From an uncultured SAR86 cluster bacterium (lineage in GTDB: Bacteria; Pseudomonadota; Gammaproteobacteria; Magnimaribacterales; D2472): a DNA stretch of 64,000 bases. Made by a program: the position numbers and the translations under genes. Location: contig CACJML010000005.1 of NCBI GenBank assembly GCA_902594515.1, positions 25,283 through 89,282 on the forward strand, written 5' to 3'. A model generated the notes under the pieces. The model saw nothing but the letters and a program-made list of their open reading frames with translations. It was not told where the DNA came from and made no database searches. Positions 58,388 through 64,000 of the stretch are shown piece by piece (the stretch's first letter is position 1; the number at the start of each line of letters is the position of its first letter).

Positions 58388-61136
58388 GCAATTTCTCCTT
58401 TAATTGATCAAAAAACTTATCGTCAATTTCAGCTTCAATGGTTAAATACCATATTTTAGAGTTTTTAAAATCTTTGCATTTAGAGGCATCCTTTTCAGTC
58501 ATGATAATAGGAAGATGATCTAAAAATAAGATATCTTGTTTCTTGTATTTATGATGATCAGGAAAAGGATTTTTATCAAATTCAAAACCAAGCCTGCCTA
58601 ATAAATCAAAAAACCTATTTGGATTTCCTAATCCTGCAACAGCATGAACCTGATAATGCATTGGCCAATTACCAATGTCATATGATTTACCTGAATTAAG
58701 GTGAACAAATTTTGCTGGAGCAAGAGTCATAAGATGCTCTCCCTCTTCAGCTGGACCTGCATTATTAACAATAAAATCAACATCATTTAATCTACTTCGT
58801 GGTTCTCTTAGTGGTCCAGCAGGAAACGTTAAACCATTTCCTAGTCTTCGGGCACCATCAATAACAGCAATCTCAATATCCCTACCAAGAGCATAATGCT
58901 GCAAGCCGTCGTCAGACAAAATTACATTAGTCTGTGGATATTTATCAAGTAATTTTTTAACTGCCCTAGGTCTATTTTTATCGATGAAAAAAGGTAGGTT
59001 TAATTTAGCCAATATTTGAGCCTCATCTCCAGTTTGTTTGAATGTTGTATCGCTTGTAACCTCTAAGGTTTCAGAATATTTACCTCCATAACCCCTACTA
59101 ACAATACCAGGTGAAAAACCTTCTTCTGATAACTTTTGACCAAGCATCTTAACAAGAGGAGTTTTCCCTGTGCCTCCCATAGAAATGTTACCCACAACAA
59201 CTACTGGCACATTGGGTTTCCATACTTTTTTTGAATTTTCTTTAAATGAATTAATTCTTAATTTAACAAAAAAGGAGAATAATAATGAGAGTGGAGACAA
59301 TAACCATAACCATACACTTTTCTTATACCATGCATCCAAGAGCATGCCTTGTTGTGGAGGTTCTTCTACAAATGATGGTAAGTAAGATTTTTCAGTTTTA
59401 GTAATTACGGCAGCTGCTTTAACTTGATTAGAATCCATATTTTTATATAAGTTTTTATAGATTCCATCTCTATCAATTAGTTCCGCATGATTCCCTTGCT
59501 CAACAATACAGCCATCATCGATTACAAATATTTTATTAGCGCCTTCAATGGTACTGAGTCGATGTGCAATGATTATGGTGGTCCTATTGACGATAAGCTT
59601 TTCAATTGCGGATTGAACTACTAACTCAGATTCTGAATCTAGCGCTGAAGTAGCTTCATCGAGGATAATGATTGGGGCATCTTTATAGAAAGCTCTCGCT
59701 ATCGCTAATCTCTGTCTCTGACCGCCTGAAAGTAAAACACCGTCATCACCTATTTCTGTATTGAAACCTTCAGGAAGTTTTTCTATAAATTCCATGCAGC
59801 CTGAGAGTTCAGCAGCCTGATTAAGTCTCTCTGAATCAATCTCTTGGTAACCGTAAGCAATGTTTTTTTCAATAGTATCGTTAAAGAGGGTTGGATTTTG
59901 ACTAACAATTGAAATGTGACTTCTTAAATGTCTCAGATTAATTTCATTTATATCAATACCGTCAATAGAAATTCGTCCAGTTGATGGTAAGTAAAGCCTT
60001 GAGATTAAGCTTGCCAGTGTAGATTTTCCTGAACCTGATTTACCAACTATTGCTACAGTTTCATTATTTTCAATTACAAGATTGATGTTTTTTAGGATAT
60101 CTTTTGAGCGCTCGTAACCAAAAGTAATGTCATTAAATTGAATCTTACCTTCAATTAATGGTTCGAGTGTTCCTTGGTCATTTTCATCAGATGAATCCAA
60201 CTGATCAAAAATTTCATCAGCTGCAGCTAGACCTTTTTGAATGATTGCATTAATACTGGAAAGCTGTCGAATTGGTTTTGCCATTAAACCAGCAGAGGTA
60301 AAAAAGGCTACAAATGTTTCAGAGTCTAAATTAATTCCAAGCTGAGCACCTAATGCAAAATAAGCCACAATTCCCAACGAGATAGATACAAGGATTTGAA
60401 TAATTGGAGTTGCTAGGTTGCTTGTAGCCTCAAGCTTCAAATTTTGATTTCTATTTGAGGTATTTGCCTTTTGGAATCTGTCTCTTTCATAGGTTTCTGC
60501 ATTAAATGATTTAATTTCTGTATTACCCTCAACAGCCTCAGAGGCAATATGAGTTACATCACCCATAGCCGTTTGAATACTTTTAGCTAATTTTCTTAGA
60601 CGACGACCGGCAATATTTACTATGATTGCTATAAATGGCGCTGTTATTAGCAGTAAAAGGGTTAATTTCCAGTTTAAATAAAACATGTAGGAAATTAATC
60701 CGATAAATAATGCGCCCTCTCTAACTAGCGTTTTAACGGCATTTGAAGTTGCCCCAGACACTTGAGTTGTGGTGAAGGTTATCCGGTTAATAAGTTGACC
60801 ACTTTGGTTATTGTCAAAATAAATTTTTGGAAGCTTGATTAACTTATTAAAAAGTTCATTTCTCATATCATGAACGATTCCCAAGCCAACTCGGGACATA
60901 AAATAATTACCAATAAAAAATCCTAAGCCTCTAGCAAATGCAATTAAAATCAATGCAATTGCTATAAACAAAGGATTAACAACGTCACTAGAATTGATGA
61001 ACTCAATTACTCTTCTAATCCATTCAACTGCAGCAACATCAGCAGCTGCAAAGATTAAAAAACCAATTATTGAAACTGAAAAAGATAACTTATATCTCAG
61101 GGTATATGAGAATAATCTTTTAATATTTGATTTCAT
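58380..61136 (-). CDS. msbA/lpxK: Fused lipid A flippase MsbA (about aa 1-567) and tetraacyldisaccharide 4'-kinase LpxK (aa 598-918, coords 58383-59345)
   Basis: Uninterrupted 918-aa ORF. The ABC exporter part has a TMD plus GKSGSGKST, LSGGQRQRLAIARA, IIILDEATSALD and IIAHRLST. After a 30-aa linker comes LpxK, with a membrane helix, the P-loop VVVGNISMGGTGKTP, SRGYGG and LSDDGLQH. Confidence 0.85.
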   Translation of the reverse strand: MKSNIKRLFSYTLRYKLSFSVSIIGFLIFAAADVAAVEWIRRVIEFINSSDVVNPLFIAIALILIAFARGLGFFIGNYFMSRVGLGIVHDMRNELFNKLIKLPKIYFDNNQSGQLINRITFTTTQVSGATSNAVKTLVREGALFIGLISYMFYLNWKLTLLLLITAPFIAIIVNIAGRRLRKLAKSIQTAMGDVTHIASEAVEGNTEIKSFNAETYERDRFQKANTSNRNQNLKLEATSNLATPIIQILVSISLGIVAYFALGAQLGINLDSETFVAFFTSAGLMAKPIRQLSSINAIIQKGLAAADEIFDQLDSSDENDQGTLEPLIEGKIQFNDITFGYERSKDILKNINLVIENNETVAIVGKSGSGKSTLASLISRLYLPSTGRISIDGIDINEINLRHLRSHISIVSQNPTLFNDTIEKNIAYGYQEIDSERLNQAAELSGCMEFIEKLPEGFNTEIGDDGVLLSGGQRQRLAIARAFYKDAPIIILDEATSALDSESELVVQSAIEKLIVNRTTIIIAHRLSTIEGANKIFVIDDGCIVEQGNHAELIDRDGIYKNLYKNMDSNQVKAAAVITKTEKSYLPSFVEEPPQQGMLLDAWYKKSVWLWLLSPLSLLFSFFVKLRINSFKENSKKVWKPNVPVVVVGNISMGGTGKTPLVKMLGQKLSEEGFSPGIVSRGYGGKYSETLEVTSDTTFKQTGDEAQILAKLNLPFFIDKNRPRAVKKLLDKYPQTNVILSDDGLQHYALGRDIEIAVIDGARRLGNGLTFPAGPLREPRSRLNDVDFIVNNAGPAEEGEHLMTLAPAKFVHLNSGKSYDIGNWPMHYQVHAVAGLGNPNRFFDLLGRLGFEFDKNPFPDHHKYKKQDILFLDHLPIIMTEKDASKCKDFKNSKIWYLTIEAEIDDKFFDQLKEKLHV

Positions 61137-61543
61137 TATTCCTGATAAGTCCTAATTTGAATATTTTGATATCCAGAAAGTTGAAGATCATCCATTAATT
61201 GGAGAACCCACTCATGATACGCACGTTTTTCTATAGCTAATGTTATTAATTCTGATTTTGGGATTTGACTTGATATAAAGCTAACTAGTGTTTCACTGGA
61301 TTCAATATCTACTGAAATATCTCCATATCTTAATTTCCCTGATTCATATAAGTAAATCATCTCTTGATTTTCAACCAATACCGATGAAAAGGACGATGTT
61401 TCAGGCAAATCAATATTGAGCGCCTGATTTGTATCAATCTTTGAAGTCACAACAAAAAATATTACTAGTAAAAAAACAATATCTATTAACGGGGTAATCT
61501 CAATAGCGACATCGTTAGATTGATTTTTAGTAACAAAGTTCAT
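61136..61543 (-). CDS. exbD: ExbD/TolR-family biopolymer transport protein
   Basis: 135 aa. EITPLIDIVFLLVIFFVV is a single TM typical of ExbD/TolR. Confidence 0.8.
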   Translation of the reverse strand: MNFVTKNQSNDVAIEITPLIDIVFLLVIFFVVTSKIDTNQALNIDLPETSSFSSVLVENQEMIYLYESGKLRYGDISVDIESSETLVSFISSQIPKSELITLAIEKRAYHEWVLQLMDDLQLSGYQNIQIRTYQE

Positions 61544-62145
61544 TTTAAATCTAGAAAATCAACAAACTTACTTAATTCGTTTTGCATATTTAACATATGT
61601 AGGTTGACTCGAGCTGAGAAATATTTATAAAAAATAAGTCCGGGAACAGCAACTAACAAACCAAAAGCAGTTGTTATTAGGGCTTCAGATATACCGGATG
61701 CCAAAAGATCGCTATTTGATGAGCCATCAACAAGATTTATGTTTGCAAATACAGTAATCATTCCAACCACAGTTCCAAGCAATCCTAATAAAGGGCTAAT
61801 ACTAGCAATAATACCCAGCATATTAAGGTTTCTTTCAAGCTTCATTCTTACGTTTGATGATGCCTCCACAACCTTATCTTCTACTATATTTCTTGGCTTA
61901 TCTTTGAATCGGTAGGCTGTCACTAGGAGTTCGCCAAGTGATGATGATTCAATGTATGAATCCTGTTGTTGAATAGTTATAGATTGATCTTTTGAGTGAT
62001 TAATAAAAGTTCTTAGAAGGCCCTCAGGACTAACCAATCTTTTTTGTAAAAACCATATACGCTCAATAACAATTGAAATTAATAAAACTGAGCAAATTAA
62101 TAAAGGCAGCATGAACCATCCACCAGCTGTTAAATAATCAATCAT
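61540..62145 (-). CDS. exbB: ExbB/TolQ/MotA-family proton channel protein
   Basis: 201 aa with 3 TM and the conserved GLLGTVVGMI segment. Confidence 0.8.
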   Translation of the reverse strand: MIDYLTAGGWFMLPLLICSVLLISIVIERIWFLQKRLVSPEGLLRTFINHSKDQSITIQQQDSYIESSSLGELLVTAYRFKDKPRNIVEDKVVEASSNVRMKLERNLNMLGIIASISPLLGLLGTVVGMITVFANINLVDGSSNSDLLASGISEALITTAFGLLVAVPGLIFYKYFSARVNLHMLNMQNELSKFVDFLDLK

Positions 62146-62800
62146 TAATCACCATCAAACTTTTCTTTTCTATTTTATACCGGTACTGCATTTTACTTGC
62201 AAAGCCTCTATCATGCGTCGCTACAAACATGCCGATATTGAAGGCTTTATTGATATCAAGGCACATTTCTTGCACACTTGAAGATGTTTCATCATCAAGA
62301 TTACCCGTAGGTTCATCCAAAAGAACACATTTTGGTTTATTAGATAAGGCCCTAACAATAGATACTCTTTGTTTCTCTCCACCGGATAATTCACTGGGAT
62401 ACTTTTTAAGTAATTTTTCTAGCTTGCATTGACTAATTAAATCATTGATAAATTCATCTGAGTCATTATTTTTATGTATTTTCCTGGGTAGATAAATATT
62501 TTCATATACCGATAGATTTTCTAACAAGGCATGAAATTGATAAACAAATGAAATAAGACTTGAGCGCTCTATCGGTTTAGTTTTATAGATTTCTATATCA
62601 TTAACCAAAACACGACCCGATGTAGGTTTTAAAAGCCCTGATAAAATGTGCATTAGAGTAGATTTGCCTGAGCCAGATTTACCTTGCAGAGAAGTTAAAC
62701 CAGTCAAATTAATTTCAGCATTTAGATTATCTAGAACCAACTGATTTTGCTTATTCGCTTGATAATTTTTAGTTAATTCAATGATTTTTATTTTATTCAT
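62138..62800 (-). CDS. lolD: Lipoprotein-releasing system ATP-binding protein LolD
   Basis: The track ORF starts at 62857, inside lolC/E. I prefer the in-frame ATG at 62800 (MNKIKIIELTKNY), giving 220 aa. Motifs GKSGSGKST, LSGGEKQRV and LLDEPTGNLD. Confidence 0.85.
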   Translation of the reverse strand: MNKIKIIELTKNYQANKQNQLVLDNLNAEINLTGLTSLQGKSGSGKSTLMHILSGLLKPTSGRVLVNDIEIYKTKPIERSSLISFVYQFHALLENLSVYENIYLPRKIHKNNDSDEFINDLISQCKLEKLLKKYPSELSGGEKQRVSIVRALSNKPKCVLLDEPTGNLDDETSSSVQEMCLDINKAFNIGMFVATHDRGFASKMQYRYKIEKKSLMVIND

Positions 62801-64000
62801 ATCTAAGAATTTCAACCGGTTCAAGTTTTGAGGCCTTAACAGAAGGATAAATAGCAAATAATATTGAGCATATCATTGCCGATATTGTCGTAAAGACAAA
62901 TTGATTTAATCTAAATTCATAGGGGAAATAACTTATGAAGTATGCGTCAAGATCAAGAAATCTGTAATTAAATAAAACATCTGCTAAATAAATAATATTA
63001 TTCAAGTTCAAAGTAATAATAATCCCTAAGATGAGACCAAGGGTTATCCCAATCAAAGAAATTAATAAGCCTAGGGTAAGAAATATTACTGTTATTTCCA
63101 AATTCCTCATCCCTAAAGTTTTCAGGACAGCTATCTCTCTTTCTTTGGACTTAACGGTTGAAACTATAGCTGTAAGAATTAAAAAAGAAGCAACAGTAAC
63201 AATTAAAAACATGAGTAAACTTACTAATCTTTTCTCCATTTGAATTGCTTTGAAGAGAGTTCCTTGAGTTAATTTCCATGTATTGAAGAAATAATCTGTT
63301 GGAAGTTGATTAATAACGCTATATCCGACCCTATCAACTTCAAAAAGATTCTTCGTTTTAATTCTTATGCTAGATGTATAGCCTTCCTCAAGGCTTACTA
63401 AATTTCTAGCAAAATTGTGGTGAATTAAGACAAGGCTCTGATCAGGCTCAGCATTAAGTTCAAATATTCCAACAATTTTAGTTTTTATTGTTCTGGGATA
63501 AGTTCCAAAAATATTTGTTCTAGTTGTATTAGTAAATACAGTAACTTCATCACCCAGTGAAAGATTTAAATATCTTGATAGCCATGATCCTATTACAACA
63601 CCAGATTTGTCTTTTAGATCACTCAATGATCCCGTAACCATGAATTCGGGAAGTATGGACATTTTTTTTTCAGCCTCAGGAACAATGCCTGAGATAAAAA
63701 CTCCTCTTGATCGATCATCACCACCTATTAGTCCTTGAAGCTCAATATATGGACCATAGGCTTCAATACCTTCAACATTCAATGAATCAATTATTGTCTT
63801 ATCGTTATAGTTGATAGGATTATCAGATTTGATTAGAGCATGAGGAATGACTCCCAAAATACGTGTTTGCAACTCACGCTCAAATCCATTCATGACAGAT
63901 AAAACAATAATTAATGCACCAACACCAATAGTTAATCCAATAATTGAAATAATTGAATAAAAGGAGCCATACGCCCCTTTTGATGATGTCAGATATCTAA
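62793..64000 (-). CDS. Lipoprotein-releasing system permease, LolC/LolE/LolF type (5' end beyond the window)
   Basis: The track starts at Met 63893, but the frame stays open to the window end. My translation upstream is ...YLTSSKGAYGSFYSIISIIGLTIGVGALIIVLSV-MNGFERELQ, which is the canonical TM1 of LolC/E. It has FtsX-like C-terminal TMs. Confidence 0.85.
   Translation of the reverse strand, partial: RYLTSSKGAYGSFYSIISIIGLTIGVGALIIVLSVMNGFERELQTRILGVIPHALIKSDNPINYNDKTIIDSLNVEGIEAYGPYIELQGLIGGDDRSRGVFISGIVPEAEKKMSILPEFMVTGSLSDLKDKSGVVIGSWLSRYLNLSLGDEVTVFTNTTRTNIFGTYPRTIKTKIVGIFELNAEPDQSLVLIHHNFARNLVSLEEGYTSSIRIKTKNLFEVDRVGYSVINQLPTDYFFNTWKLTQGTLFKAIQMEKRLVSLLMFLIVTVASFLILTAIVSTVKSKEREIAVLKTLGMRNLEITVIFLTLGLLISLIGITLGLILGIIITLNLNNIIYLADVLFNYRFLDLDAYFISYFPYEFRLNQFVFTTISAMICSILFAIYPSVKASKLEPVEILRYE

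Noticed and set aside
1868-61136. The possibility that the two fusions (HisD::IGPD and MsbA::LpxK) are assembly or sequencing artefacts, for example a single-base indel removing a stop.
   Set aside because: This is not fully excluded, but I did not adopt it as the default. Both junctions are in frame with plausible linkers. For the his case, whole genes (hisC, hisN) are missing rather than one base. The genome shows pervasive compaction consistent with such fusions. Read-level verification is listed as the key check.
13780-62857. Longest-ORF start codons given in the track for four genes: 13780, 15054 (TTG), 28233 and 62857.
   Set aside because: Downstream ATGs at 13813, 15057, 28260 and 62800 have better RBS spacing and give canonical N-termini (signal peptides; MSNVKF for ICL; MNKIKIIELT for LolD). 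The 62857 start would lie deep inside lolC/E, and the 28233 start would lie inside the predicted -10 box.
1007-63243. Many 60-126-aa ORFs in the track lie antisense to, or out of frame within, the large genes. Examples are 1007-1198, 2787-2972, 3851-4057, 4175-4555, 10263-10705, 19880-20176, 22441-22749, 25055-25381, 34535-34837, 37586-37909, 42701-42962, 51312-51929, 53508-53858, 59170-59385 and 63031-63243.
   Set aside because: Each is fully embedded in a longer ORF with unmistakable family motifs. Their translations are low-complexity (S/L/F/I-rich), as expected for shadow frames in AT-rich DNA. None has a recognisable motif or RBS.
1-64000. I scanned for tRNA/rRNA genes, CRISPR repeats, IS elements or transposases, integrases, prophage or toxin-antitoxin/defence modules, and long direct repeats.
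   Set aside because: I recognised none. Every gap longer than about 60 bp is a short promoter-type spacer, and all long ORFs have housekeeping or metabolic assignments. I therefore do not claim a novel mobile or defence system here.

Overview
AT-rich, extremely compact chromosomal core segment of a streamlined Gammaproteobacterium. Gene-order blocks match E. coli and Pseudomonas; a marine SAR86-like lineage is only my guess. I call 60 CDS: 2 are cut by the window edges and 1 is missing from the ORF track. I also call one clear intrinsic terminator and a few promoter/operator candidates. By my hand tally only about 1.6 kb of the 64 kb is non-coding. I saw no rRNA, tRNA, CRISPR, transposase, integrase, phage or defence genes, so this is housekeeping territory rather than an island.

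Content in order:
- his operon on the minus strand (TrpR-like gene, then hisG, hisD::hisB, hisH, hisA, hisF)
- peroxiredoxin, a HIBADH-like dehydrogenase and an S9A oligopeptidase
- two tandem paralogous membrane proteins of unknown function
- a ThDP enzyme / FATP-type acyl-CoA synthetase / acyltransferase operon followed by three secreted proteins
- a large M14 peptidase, a PhyH-family dioxygenase and an HLD-like hydrolase
- infA, clpSA, icd, mnmA, purB, isocitrate lyase
- the complete nqrABCDEF-apbE-nqrM locus
- long-form GAPDH, two pairs of heteromeric-type acyl-CoA dehydrogenases, mfd, nfuA, trmA, etfBA and ETF-QO
- a 10-gene overlapping envelope string (lolC/E, lolD, exbB, exbD, msbA::lpxK, ycaR, kdsB, murB, lysE-family, DUF1285)

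I found no clearly novel multi-gene system. The observations most worth follow-up are:
- two in-frame gene fusions, HisD::IGPD and MsbA::LpxK
- a YerC/TrpR-family gene with a near-perfect 20-bp palindrome heading the his operon
- the paralogous membrane-protein pair, which share a promoter-embedded inverted repeat
- orphan exbBD translationally coupled to lipid A and lipoprotein export genes
- a speculative branched-lipid (alpha-oxidation-like) catabolic gene set

All family assignments are by-eye motif recognition. No database search was run.
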